64,000 nucleotides of DNA from Chloroflexota bacterium (GTDB lineage: Bacteria; Chloroflexota; Limnocylindria; P2-11E). The notes beneath the pieces are model-generated. The model was not told the origin of the DNA, did no database searches, and saw only the letters and a list, made by a program, of their open reading frames with translations. Location of the stretch: the NCBI GenBank assembly GCA_038040265.1, contig JBBPIP010000010.1, positions 9,901 to 73,900 of the forward strand. Direction: 5' to 3'. The translations under genes were made by a program, and so were the position numbers. Shown in pieces: positions 26,478 to 35,498 of the stretch; positions within the stretch are counted from its first letter, which is position 1; every line of letters starts with the position of its first letter.

Positions 26478-27023
26478 CTAGCGGACGACCACCTCGGTGA
26501 ACACGCCCTGATCGCGCAGCCAGCCGACCGCCACGATGGTGGGGCGGACGTCGATGCGATAGGTGCCCGGGGCAACGCCCTTGACCTTGAAGGTGAACGT
26601 CGCGACTTCGCCGGCTGCCACGACCTCCTCGGCCTGGACCGCGGGCCGATCCGGTAGCGGCCAGTTGACCGCCATCTGGGGATTGAACTTCGCCGCGGTG
26701 CCGACGAAGGCGAGGCTCGCCTCGGAGCCTGTGCCGCGCGCCCACGCGGCCTTGCCGGTGTTCTTGAACTTGAACGTCACGGTCGTTTCGGCGCCGACCG
26801 CGATCTGCGCCGGCACGGTCTGGCTGACCCACGCGCTATCGAGGTCGGCCGCCTTTGGCAGCGGGGCCGTCGGACTCGCGGCGGCCGACGGCTGCGGGCC
26901 TTGCGATGAACGCGCGGGCGTGCCGCCGCAGAGACCGGAGATCGCGATGAGGACGAGGCCGAACACTCCGGCGAAGACCATCGCGCCGGTGTGCGAGCCC
27001 GTGCGCGGCGCCCTCATGTACAT
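26478..27023 (-). CDS. Hypothetical secreted lipoprotein with an Ig-like beta domain
   Basis: Start at MYMRAPRTG. Signal peptide plus lipobox (AISGLCGG). Beta-rich C-terminal region. The track ORF extends to 27098. Confidence 0.5.
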   Translation of the reverse strand: MYMRAPRTGSHTGAMVFAGVFGLVLIAISGLCGGTPARSSQGPQPSAAASPTAPLPKAADLDSAWVSQTVPAQIAVGAETTVTFKFKNTGKAAWARGTGSEASLAFVGTAAKFNPQMAVNWPLPDRPAVQAEEVVAAGEVATFTFKVKGVAPGTYRIDVRPTIVAVGWLRDQGVFTEVVVR

Positions 27024-27072
27024 CGCGTTGAGTGTGGAAACCGGGGCGGTCAGCCGGTAGGACAGCGGCGTA

Positions 27073-28197
27073 TCAATGGCCGACCGCGGTGCGAACACGC
27101 TCGGCCGTAACGTTCAGCCTCGCGAGCATTTGCACGGCAAAGCTCTCGTCGTTGCGCACGATCGCGAGCAGAAGATGCTCGGGGAGGACGCCGATGTCCG
27201 GACCAGATTCCTGGACGACCACCTCGAAGATCTCCTTCGTCTCCGGGCTGAGGACGACCTCCCATTGGGGCGTCCGTTGCTCGACGTGAGGGATGATCTC
27301 GGCAAGCTCGGCGCGCAGCGACTCCACCGTGAGACCGAGCTCGTCGAAGATCCGCTTCATCGCCTGGTCGGCCTGACCCACTCCGGTCAGGCGCGCGAGA
27401 CCAAGAAGCAGATGCTCGGGTCCGATGTAGTTATGGCCCATGCGGACGGCCTCGTCCTGAGCCAGCGCGAGTGCACGCTTCGCGCGGTTGCTGAATCGAT
27501 CGAACGGCCCGGTGTGGTGGCGGCGGAACGGCGGTGCGTAGCCTGCCGGCGCGGCGGTGCCGGATTCGCTGAGCAGCTCGAGCACCTTGGCGCGTAGGGT
27601 CTCGAGCGGCACGCCGAGCGACTCGAGAATGCCCGAGGCGATGCCCTCGCCCTCGTCGACGAGCCCGAGAAGAAAATGCTCCGGGCCGACGTGAGACTGG
27701 CCCATCTGCCCAGCCTCGGCGATCGCGAATTCGATGACCTTCTTGGTGCGCGGCGACAGCGTGATCTCGCTCGGCGACGTCGTTTGATCCCCACGGCCGA
27801 CGATGAAGTCGAGGGCGCTTCGGATCTTCGTCAGATCGATTCCCACGGAAGTGAGTGCGCGGGCCGGGACCGTGTCGCCTTCCCGGATGAGCGCGCAGAG
27901 CACGTGCTCCGTGCCGATGTAGTTGTGGTTGTGTCGAATGGCTTCATCCTGCGCCAGCGCGAGCACCCGTTTGCCGCGATCGCTGAACCGATCGAACGGG
28001 CCCATGGCCTGCGCGGAGCCCATCCTTATGTTTGCCCTCGGGGCGTGCTCGAACCCAGGCGTGTGCCTCATAAAGGTCTGAGTCCGTGATCCTTTGCCGC
28101 CAGCCATCCAAGCCTGGATGGCCCCCATCACGACCGCGGCAACCGCGCCGCCGGCGAGCCCGGCGAGGAGCGCGACAAGGATGACCTCGACCGTCAC
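27073..28197 (-). CDS. Membrane-anchored protein with two complete ClpC-type N-domains (four Clp_N repeats)
   Basis: N-terminal TM helix (VILVALLAGLAGGAVAAVV), then two copies of FDRFSDRGKRVLALAQDEAIRHNHNYIGTEHVL...LSPRTKKVIEFA and FDRFSNRAKRALALAQDEAVRMGHNYIGPEHLLLGL. Confidence 0.75.
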   Translation of the reverse strand: MTVEVILVALLAGLAGGAVAAVVMGAIQAWMAGGKGSRTQTFMRHTPGFEHAPRANIRMGSAQAMGPFDRFSDRGKRVLALAQDEAIRHNHNYIGTEHVLCALIREGDTVPARALTSVGIDLTKIRSALDFIVGRGDQTTSPSEITLSPRTKKVIEFAIAEAGQMGQSHVGPEHFLLGLVDEGEGIASGILESLGVPLETLRAKVLELLSESGTAAPAGYAPPFRRHHTGPFDRFSNRAKRALALAQDEAVRMGHNYIGPEHLLLGLARLTGVGQADQAMKRIFDELGLTVESLRAELAEIIPHVEQRTPQWEVVLSPETKEIFEVVVQESGPDIGVLPEHLLLAIVRNDESFAVQMLARLNVTAERVRTAVGH

Positions 28198-28820
28198 GAC
28201 GTCGGTCCATCAACGATCTCGCGGATCCGCTGAGGCGTCGCGCCCAAAGATGCGAGCACGTCCGCGCCAGCGCCGCCGCCCTCGACGGCAACCGCGATCA
28301 GCAGGTGCTCGGGCGCCACCTCATCGCGGTGGCGTTCCTCCGCGCTCGCGCGCGCTAGGGCGACGATCCTCGTAGCGCGCTCGGTCCAGGTCCCTTCCGT
28401 CGGGAAGGTCCCGAGGATCGGTGGTACCGCCGCCTCGATCCGCCGCCGCAGCACGTCAGACTCGATTCCAAGCTCGCTCCAGATCTTGTCGAGCATCGGC
28501 GTGGAGTAGAGCCGGAGCGCCATCGCCAGGTTTTCGCTACCGATATACGAGTGGCCGCTCTGGATCGCTTCCTGCCGCGCGAGCGTGAGGACCTTCTGCG
28601 TATCGACGTCGAGGTGATCGACGGCTATCGCCCGGACGGTGAAGTGGTCGAACTGCGCTGTGCCCCCTGGCGTGGGCCGGGCGACGTACCTCGAGCCACG
28701 TTCCCTATGGGACTGCCGCTGCCGCAACATTCCTTCGACGGTCCCGACGAGCGCGGCACCGACCGCACCGCCGGCAAGGCCGGCGACGACCGCGACGACC
28801 GCGACTGTTCCGAGGTCCAC
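28194..28820 (-). CDS. Membrane-anchored Clp_N-domain protein
   Basis: N-terminal TM helix (VAVVAVVAGLAGGAVGAALV) followed by Clp_N repeats (KVLTLARQEAIQSGHSYIGSENLAMAL; HRDEVAPEHLLIAVAVEGGG). 4-nt overlap with the next gene. Confidence 0.7.
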   Translation of the reverse strand: MDLGTVAVVAVVAGLAGGAVGAALVGTVEGMLRQRQSHRERGSRYVARPTPGGTAQFDHFTVRAIAVDHLDVDTQKVLTLARQEAIQSGHSYIGSENLAMALRLYSTPMLDKIWSELGIESDVLRRRIEAAVPPILGTFPTEGTWTERATRIVALARASAEERHRDEVAPEHLLIAVAVEGGGAGADVLASLGATPQRIREIVDGPTS

Positions 28821-28826
28821 GCGAAG

Positions 28827-29075
28827 CTACTCCGGTGGGCGGGTTGCCTCGTCCTCTTGCTCGGGGTGGGGTTGAGGTTCGGCGTGCGCGAGATGCCGGG
28901 CGAGGGGTCCGGTCGGGGTGCGCCACTCCGTCGTCGGGTGGGGTGCGCCGACGGTGGTTCCGCCGAGATGGCGCTGCGCGCGTATCACGCCTAGAGAGAC
29001 CACCACCGCGACGAGCGCACCGGTGATGCCACCCGCGATCGCCGCGACGATGATCGCGCTGTCGAAGATGTTCAT
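28827..29075 (-). CDS. Small membrane protein (82 aa); same N-terminal TM anchor as neighbours but no Clp_N domain
   Basis: MNIFDSAIIVAAIAGGITGALVAVVV..., then a Pro/His-rich tail. Abuts the upstream Clp_N gene (stop/start adjacent). Confidence 0.45.
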   Translation of the reverse strand: MNIFDSAIIVAAIAGGITGALVAVVVSLGVIRAQRHLGGTTVGAPHPTTEWRTPTGPLARHLAHAEPQPHPEQEDEATRPPE

Positions 29076-30008
29076 CTATTCACTCATCCTGTCGAGAATT
29101 TCGCGGATACGTTGCGGGGTCGCACCGACCGCCGTGAGAACCGTAGCGCCGATGCCTTCGCCGGCCGCGATCGCGAGGAGGAGGTGCTCGTTGCGGATCG
29201 ACGCACAGCTGCGCTCCGCCGCGAAGGACGCTGCACGTGTGATCACGTCGGAGAGAGCGCGGCCCTCTGTGAGACCGGCAGGTCTCGGGCCTTGTCGCGG
29301 GGGTGCCGCGGAGTCGATGCCTGCCACGAGATCCGCGAAATCGACGCCAGCGTCTGCGAGCACGCGGCGGATCCACACCTCTTCATTGGCAACGAGCGCG
29401 AGCAGGAGATGGTGCGGCTTGATCTCTTCCTCGTTCGCGCGGCCTGCTTCCCAATACGCGCGCGCCCGGGCGCGGCGCGCGCCGCCGTCGAGCCGGTCGT
29501 GCGGCATCGACTGGAAAGCCATCGCGGAGATCTCCGGGCGCGCGGGTGTGGTCCGGGCGTCAGGGTGTTGGGCGAGAGTCGCGATGACCTGCTCGCGCAC
29601 CGTATCGAGAGCCACTCCGAGAGACTGAAGGACACCCGCGCCGATGCTCCCGCCTTCGCGGACGATCCCGAGGAGCAGATGTTCGGTGCCGACCCAGCCG
29701 TGGCCGAGTTTGCGCGCTTCGTCGATCGCGAGCTCGATGACCTTCTTTGTGCGCGGCGAGAGGATGATCTCGCTCGGCGTCGTCGTCGCGTCGCCGCGGC
29801 CGATGATGAACTCGACGTTGGTGCGCGCCTTCGAAAGGTCGACGTCGAGTGAGTTCAGCGCCCGCGCGGCGACCCCTTCGCCTTCGCGGATCAGCCCGAG
29901 CAGCAGATGCTCGACTCCTATGTAGTTGTGGTTGAAGCGGATCGCCTCGTCCTGGGCGAGCGCCAGGACGCGCTTGGCGCGGTCGTTGAAGCGGTCGAAC
30001 GGCCCCAT
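29076..30008 (-). CDS. Soluble orphan ClpC N-domain protein (Clp_N double repeat plus a degenerate third/fourth repeat)
   Basis: MGPFDRFNDRAKRVLALAQDEAIRFNHNYIGVEHLLLGLIREGEGVAARAL...LSPRTKKVIELAIDEARKLGHGWVGTEHLLLGIV closely matches the ClpC N-terminal domain. No AAA+ module follows. Confidence 0.8.
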   Translation of the reverse strand: MGPFDRFNDRAKRVLALAQDEAIRFNHNYIGVEHLLLGLIREGEGVAARALNSLDVDLSKARTNVEFIIGRGDATTTPSEIILSPRTKKVIELAIDEARKLGHGWVGTEHLLLGIVREGGSIGAGVLQSLGVALDTVREQVIATLAQHPDARTTPARPEISAMAFQSMPHDRLDGGARRARARAYWEAGRANEEEIKPHHLLLALVANEEVWIRRVLADAGVDFADLVAGIDSAAPPRQGPRPAGLTEGRALSDVITRAASFAAERSCASIRNEHLLLAIAAGEGIGATVLTAVGATPQRIREILDRMSE

Positions 30009-30042
30009 TGGTAAGCGAGGCTAATCCTCGCTTGGTCGCTTA

Positions 30043-31689
30043 CTAGAGGAGGGTGCCGTAATCCTTGATCGTGTAGCGGAAGTCCTCACGAGTGTTGTCG
30101 AGGGCTTTGACGATGAGCTGCATCGTCTTGCTGACCGCCTCCATCTTGGAGCCGATGGCCTTGTCGTTCTGCAACACCGTGTTCAGGTCGTACGCGGCGG
30201 CCGACTTGAAGAGCATGCGGAACATCTCCATCTCTTCGTCCAGCGTGGCCGGTTTGTCCTTGGCCCTCTGGTATTCGGACCACATCTTGTCGACACCCTT
30301 CGCCTCGATCGTGTCGATCCACGCGCGTTCCTTCTTGTCGTCGACGGCGCGGTAGGAGTTGTAGACGATCTCCTTCGTGCCGGCGGGCGTTCGCCCGACG
30401 AGGAGGCGTGCCATGAACTCGTCGATGTTCAGGCGATCGACGATCACGTCTTCGTCGAAGTTGCGCTTGATGAGAAGCACCGCGTGGATGCGAGCGGGCT
30501 CCATCGGGTTCGTGAACACGCGCTCCTTCGGGAACACCGTGGTGATGTCGAGCATCGCGCGCGTGTTTTCGAACGCGAAGAAGCGGCCGACCATGTCGCG
30601 CAGGGTCTTTTCGTCCATGGCGTCGAACGGCGGCTTGTTCATGCTCTTGAGCTTCGCGGCGACCGCGTCGATCGTTGCCTTGTTCTCGTTCATGAACTCC
30701 GGCGTCACGTCGGGCGCGTTCTCGAGGCGGGAACGGACCATGTCGAAGGCCGCCTGCGGGAAGTTCTCTACCAGGTTCGAGCGAAGGTAGAAGACCTTCT
30801 CGCTCGTGTACGCGTATGCCTCGGGATGGTCCACGTCCAGGTCGCGCGCACTCGCGGTGACCTCGCGGTCGTCGAGTCCTCGACCTATCACGGTCGCGTC
30901 GCTCGACCGATGGTCCTCGAGCCAGCGGTACGTCTGGTAACCCTTTGCGACCTCCGCGCCGCCGTCGAGGATCCGCGCCGGCGAGAAGACCTTCCCGTCC
31001 TTGGCGCGGTAGGCGTAGCGGACGTACACCCAGTCGTCGGAGTGGAAGCGCGTGCCGGGGAACTCCATCACGCCGTATGTCGAGGTCGACTTCCCGGTGC
31101 CGGTGGGCGCGATATAGAGGATGCCCTTTCCGTCCTTGGTCACGACGGCGCCGTGGATGGAGTGGATGCCGTACTCGACCGCGAGCTTGCGCCCGACCGC
31201 GCCGAGCACCCACGACTTCAGCTGGCCGTAGTAGCTCGTGTTGAAGAAGATGACCGTGTCGTTCTGCCGCGAGTAGTACGCGGCCTCGGCCTCGCTCGGC
31301 ACGCGGCCAAGAGCCACGACCAAAACGTCGGGAGTTTCCGCCGGCTTCTGGCCGGTGATCCGCTGCCACTCGTCGACGCCGTACCAGTTGTCTTTCCAGT
31401 ACCCGTAGAGGTGCTCGCTGTTGGTGAGCGCGCGAACGCGCAGGCCGTGGATCACCACGTCGTGCGAGTACGTCGTCTCCTTCGCCGTCGCGATGTGCTC
31501 GAATGCGTTCGCGAGGAGGCGCTTGAAGAGGCCCGGCTTCGCATCGACCGTCTTGTCGCTGACGAGCGTTCGGCCCTTGGTGCGCGTGATCGTGTTCTTC
31601 GCGCCGATCGGCGTGCCTGCCCATTCCGGCGACGTCGCATCGGGCGCGGCAGGGAAGGTGTAGAGGTCCTTCTTTTCGGCGATTGCCAT
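30043..31689 (-). CDS. Divergent P-loop protein with a PEP-carboxykinase(ATP)/HPr-kinase-like nucleotide-binding core; function unknown
   Basis: 548 aa. Core NTSYYGQLKSW...IHSIHGAVVTKDGKGILYIAPTGTGKSTSTYGVMEFPGTRFHSDDWVYV parallels PEPCK kinase-1a ([28 protein letters not shown]...LIGDDEHGW) and HprK (GxxGxGKS...ADD). The flanking sequence is Lys/Asp-rich and unlike canonical PEPCK. GC is slightly lower than in neighbouring genes. Confidence 0.6.
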   Translation of the reverse strand: MAIAEKKDLYTFPAAPDATSPEWAGTPIGAKNTITRTKGRTLVSDKTVDAKPGLFKRLLANAFEHIATAKETTYSHDVVIHGLRVRALTNSEHLYGYWKDNWYGVDEWQRITGQKPAETPDVLVVALGRVPSEAEAAYYSRQNDTVIFFNTSYYGQLKSWVLGAVGRKLAVEYGIHSIHGAVVTKDGKGILYIAPTGTGKSTSTYGVMEFPGTRFHSDDWVYVRYAYRAKDGKVFSPARILDGGAEVAKGYQTYRWLEDHRSSDATVIGRGLDDREVTASARDLDVDHPEAYAYTSEKVFYLRSNLVENFPQAAFDMVRSRLENAPDVTPEFMNENKATIDAVAAKLKSMNKPPFDAMDEKTLRDMVGRFFAFENTRAMLDITTVFPKERVFTNPMEPARIHAVLLIKRNFDEDVIVDRLNIDEFMARLLVGRTPAGTKEIVYNSYRAVDDKKERAWIDTIEAKGVDKMWSEYQRAKDKPATLDEEMEMFRMLFKSAAAYDLNTVLQNDKAIGSKMEAVSKTMQLIVKALDNTREDFRYTIKDYGTLL

Positions 31690-31786
31690 GGAGACGACTC
31701 ACATTAGCGGCGCGCTTATTTCCTTGCTGCGAACCTAGCGGCCCGCGGCTCCCTATCCTTGCGCTATGGCCGCGCGCGCTGGTGCG

Positions 31787-32743
31787 ATGGTCGAACTGCG
31801 CGAGGTCACCAAACGCTACGGCGACACCGTCGCGGTCGACCATCTCAGCTTCACCGCTCCCGCCGGGCGGATCACTGTCTTGATCGGTCCGTCAGGCTGC
31901 GGAAAGACCACGTCGCTTCGCATGGTGAATCGGCTGATCGAGCCGACCTCGGGCGAGATCCTCATCGACGGGCACAACGTTCTTCAGGAGGATCCGACCG
32001 AACTCCGGCGGCGCATCGGCTACGTCATTCAGCAGGTCGGCCTGTTCCCGCACCGAACGATCGCCCAGAACATCGCCACGGTCCCGGAGCTTCTCGGCTG
32101 GCCGGAGGCGCGGATACGCGCGCGTGTTGACGAGCTTCTCTCACTTATCGGCTTCGACCCCGAGCGCATGCGCCACCGTTATCCAGCCCAGCTTTCGGGT
32201 GGCGAGCGCCAGCGCGTCGGCGTCGCGCGCGCGATGGCCGCCGAGCCGCCGCTCATGCTTATGGACGAGCCCTTCGGCGCGGTCGACCCGATCGTCCGCG
32301 AGCGCCTGCAGAACGAATTCCTGCAGCTGCAGCGCGCCCAGGGCATCACCGTCATCTTCGTAACGCACGACATCGATGAGGCGATCAAGCTCGGCGACCG
32401 CATCGCGATCATGCGTGCAGGGAAGCTCGTGCAATTCGCACCGCCCGCGGAGCTGCTGGCGCATCCCGCCGACGACTTCGTCGCACAGTTCGTGGGAAGC
32501 GATCGCGGCCTCAAGCGCCTTGCGCTTCTCACCGTCGGTGGGGCCGAGCTCGATCCGCCGGTGGATCCGTCGCGGCTCGATGGCGCGCCCGTCCTCTCGC
32601 CGGCGATGACGCTCCGCGACGCGCTCGCCGAGATGCTCGCGTCCGAAACGCAAGTGGGCATAGTGCGCGACGGCGACCGGTATCTCGGAGTGCTGACCCT
32701 CTCGCACATCGGGAGGCTGCTTCGCAGCGAGGACCACAAATGA
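31787..32743 (+). CDS. Osmoprotectant (glycine betaine/choline, OpuC/OsmV-type) ABC transporter ATP-binding protein with C-terminal CBS pair
   Basis: Walker A (GPSGCGKTT), ABC signature (LSGGERQRVGVARA), Walker B (LMLMDEPFGAVD). C-terminal ...QVGIVRDGDRYLGVLTLSHI is CBS-like. The track ORF starts at 31766. Confidence 0.85.
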   Translation: MVELREVTKRYGDTVAVDHLSFTAPAGRITVLIGPSGCGKTTSLRMVNRLIEPTSGEILIDGHNVLQEDPTELRRRIGYVIQQVGLFPHRTIAQNIATVPELLGWPEARIRARVDELLSLIGFDPERMRHRYPAQLSGGERQRVGVARAMAAEPPLMLMDEPFGAVDPIVRERLQNEFLQLQRAQGITVIFVTHDIDEAIKLGDRIAIMRAGKLVQFAPPAELLAHPADDFVAQFVGSDRGLKRLALLTVGGAELDPPVDPSRLDGAPVLSPAMTLRDALAEMLASETQVGIVRDGDRYLGVLTLSHIGRLLRSEDHK

Positions 32744-33393
32744 CCGCGGGCGAGCCGCTGATCCGCTGGGACTGGCTGGGGAGCCACGCGGAGGAGATCG
32801 GCCAGCGCATCGGCGAGCACCTCGAACTGACGGTCATCGCGGTCGTCGTTGGCCTCGTGATCGCTTTTGCGCTGTCGTTCGTGGCGTTGCGCGTCCCCCG
32901 CCTGTACCCGCCCATCACCGGTATCACCGGGATTCTCTACACGATCCCGAGCCTTGCGCTCTTCGCGTTTCTGGTTCCGTACACCGGCCTGTCGGTGCTC
33001 ACCGCGGAGATCGGGCTCGTCAGCTACACGCTGCTCATCCTCATTCGCAACATCGTGGGTGGGATCCGCGGCGTGCCGGCGGAGGTACGGGAGGCCGCGC
33101 TCGGCATGGGCTACACGACGCGGCAGATCCTCTGGCGGATAGAGCTGCCGCTCGCGCTCGGCGTGATCTTCGCGGGGATCCGCGTCGCGACGATCACGAC
33201 GATCGGTCTTGTCACGGTGACGGCGCTCATCGGCGAGGGCGGCCTCGGCTACTTCATCCTCCTCGGGATCCAGCTCTTCTTCAGCACCCCGCTCATCGTG
33301 GGCGCCGTCGGTTCGGTGCTCCTGGCGGTCCTCATCGACGGCGGGCTCGTTCTGGTGCAGCACGCGCTCACGCCGTGGAGCCGCGTCCGATGA
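32740..33393 (+). CDS. Osmoprotectant ABC transporter permease
   Basis: 217 aa, 5-6 TM. 4-nt overlap with the ATPase gene. Confidence 0.85.
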   Translation: MTAGEPLIRWDWLGSHAEEIGQRIGEHLELTVIAVVVGLVIAFALSFVALRVPRLYPPITGITGILYTIPSLALFAFLVPYTGLSVLTAEIGLVSYTLLILIRNIVGGIRGVPAEVREAALGMGYTTRQILWRIELPLALGVIFAGIRVATITTIGLVTVTALIGEGGLGYFILLGIQLFFSTPLIVGAVGSVLLAVLIDGGLVLVQHALTPWSRVR

Positions 33394-34073
33394 GCTTGCT
33401 GGGCGACGTCGCGCGATGGTTCGCCGATCCGGCTCACTGGCAGGGACCGCAGGGCATACCCGCGCGCGTCCTCGAGCACCTCGAGTACTCAGGCGTCGCG
33501 ATCGCGCTCGCGCTGCTAATTGCCTTACCGGTCGCGCTTTATCTCGGCCACACCGGGCGTGGCGGCTTCGTCGCGATCAATGTTGCGAACATCGGCCGCG
33601 CGCTGCCGTCGTTCGCGCTGCTCGGATTCGGCCTGCTGATCGCCATCCCACTGGGTCTCGGGCTTGGGTTCTGGCCGACGATGTTCGCTCTGGTGCCGCT
33701 CGCGATACCGCCGATCGTGACGAACACCTTCGTCGCCATACGCGAGGTTGATCGCGATGTCGTCGACGCCGCGCGAGGGATGGGCCTTGCCGAAGGTCAG
33801 ATCCTGCGCTCGATCGAGATACCCCTGGGTCTACCGCTGATCCTGGCGGGCCTCCGCACCGCCGCGGTGAACGTGGTCGCGACGGCCACCCTGGGCGCGG
33901 TCGTTGCAGGCGGGGCGCTGGGCCGGTTCATCGTCGACGGGTTCGCGCTCCGGGAATTCGACCAGCTGGTCGCAGGCGGCATCCTCGTCGCGCTCCTGGC
34001 GATTGTTACGGAGGCAACGTTCTCAGTTCTGGAGCGCGCCTCGCGGTCGCCGGGAATGGCTGCCATCCGCTGA
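33390..34073 (+). CDS. Osmoprotectant ABC transporter permease (second)
   Basis: ATG at 33390 (MSLLGD) overlaps the previous stop (ATGA). Polytopic. Track ORF from 33375. Confidence 0.8.
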   Translation: MSLLGDVARWFADPAHWQGPQGIPARVLEHLEYSGVAIALALLIALPVALYLGHTGRGGFVAINVANIGRALPSFALLGFGLLIAIPLGLGLGFWPTMFALVPLAIPPIVTNTFVAIREVDRDVVDAARGMGLAEGQILRSIEIPLGLPLILAGLRTAAVNVVATATLGAVVAGGALGRFIVDGFALREFDQLVAGGILVALLAIVTEATFSVLERASRSPGMAAIR

Positions 34074-34161
34074 GCGTTTGCGCTCGTAACGGGGTATTCG
34101 AAGCACATACTCAAACCGCGTGGCCGGAAAGACTAAGCGCTACGGCCGGGGAGGATCCCAC

Positions 34162-35094
34162 ATGAACCCTCGACGAGCTCTATTTGCGGCGTTCGTCGCC
34201 GCATCCGTGATCGTTACCGCCTGCGGCGGCGCCGGCACGGGCGGCGCATCACCAAGCGTGTCCAGGCCGGCGGTCACCGTCGGATCGACGAACTTCTACG
34301 AGCAGCTCACCCTCGGCGAGCTCTACAAGCAGATCCTCGAGGCGAACGGGTACAAGGTGACCCCCAAGTTCAACCTGGGGAACCGCGAGATCGTCTACCC
34401 GGCGCTCAAGTCCGGCCAGATCGACATACAAGCCGACTACCTCGCGACGCTCCTCGCGTTCGTCGACAAGGACGGCAAGATCGCCAAGCCGACGACGGAT
34501 AAGAACGAGACCCTGACCGGCCTGAAGAAGGCCATCGACGCTGACGGCCTTACCGTGCTCGACGCTGCTGACGCCACCGACCAGAACGGGTTCGTCGTCA
34601 CGAAGGACACCGCGACAGCCAAGAATCTGAAGAAGATCAGCGACCTCGCGTCCGTCGCGAGCACGATGGTGCTCGGTGGCCCGCCCGAATGCCCGCAGCG
34701 CCCGTTCTGCCTGATCGGACTGAAGAACACGTACGGACTCACCTTCAAGGAGTTCAAGCCGCTTGACGCGGGTGGCCCGCTCACGGTCACGGCACTCGAA
34801 GGCAAGCAGATCGATGTGGGGCTGCTCTTCACGAGCGACCCGAGCATCGTCGCGAAGAGCTTCGTTCTGCTTGACGATGACAAGCACCTGCAGCTCGCCG
34901 ACAACATCGCCCCGATCGTGCGGAAGGACCTGCTCTCGAAGGACGACGGGACGATCACCAAACTGCTGAACTCGATCAGCGCGAAGCTCACGCAGGCCGA
35001 GCTCAACGACATGAACAAGCAGGTGGCCGTCGACAAAGCGGACAGCAAGGTGGTCGCGGCCGCGTGGCTCAAGAAGCAGGGCCTCATCAAGTAA
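34162..35094 (+). CDS. Osmoprotectant (OpuCC-like) substrate-binding lipoprotein
   Basis: MNPRRALFAAFVAASVIVTACGG lipobox. OpuAC-fold motifs: LGNREIVYPALKSGQIDIQADY, CPQRPFCLIGL. Track ORF from 34120. Confidence 0.8.
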   Translation: MNPRRALFAAFVAASVIVTACGGAGTGGASPSVSRPAVTVGSTNFYEQLTLGELYKQILEANGYKVTPKFNLGNREIVYPALKSGQIDIQADYLATLLAFVDKDGKIAKPTTDKNETLTGLKKAIDADGLTVLDAADATDQNGFVVTKDTATAKNLKKISDLASVASTMVLGGPPECPQRPFCLIGLKNTYGLTFKEFKPLDAGGPLTVTALEGKQIDVGLLFTSDPSIVAKSFVLLDDDKHLQLADNIAPIVRKDLLSKDDGTITKLLNSISAKLTQAELNDMNKQVAVDKADSKVVAAAWLKKQGLIK

Positions 35095-35498
35095 CGACGC
35101 ATTGGACCGCGCTGGGCGGCGCGCTCCGCACAGGAGCCGCCGCTGCGGCTTGGGGCAATGCCGGCGAGACCGAGATCTTCGCCGTCCATGACGACGGCCA
35201 GCTCTGGGATCGCTACTGGGACGGAAAAACTTGGCACGCGTGGGAGTCACTCGGCGGCGCATTCACGGGACAGCCCGGAGCCGCCGCGCGCGACGCCGAC
35301 CGCATAGACGTATTCGCGATCGGCACTGACGGCGTGCTTCGCCATCGCTGGTGGGACGGAAAGCGCTGGGTCGAGTGGCGTGACGTCGAAGGCGCGCCCC
35401 GTGGCGGCCGTGCGGTGGCGTGTTCTTGGAGCGGCGTGCGGCTCGACGTGTTCATCTGGGGCGCGGACGGCGGTCTTCATTACGCGGATCTCGCGTGA
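35064..35498 (+). CDS. RSL/AAL-type (fucose-lectin-like) beta-propeller repeat protein, 3 blades
   Basis: Three ~45-aa repeats: ...EIFAVHDDGQLWDRYWDGKTWHAWESLGGAF / ...IDVFAIGTDGVLRHRWWDGKRWVEWRDVEG / ...LDVFIWGADGGLHY. These match Ralstonia RSL blades (ERCWDGKGWYTGAF / EWCWDGNGWTKGAY). The start is uncertain because the track ORF overlaps the binding-protein gene by about 31 nt. Confidence 0.55.
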   Translation: MAQEAGPHQVTTHWTALGGALRTGAAAAAWGNAGETEIFAVHDDGQLWDRYWDGKTWHAWESLGGAFTGQPGAAARDADRIDVFAIGTDGVLRHRWWDGKRWVEWRDVEGAPRGGRAVACSWSGVRLDVFIWGADGGLHYADLA

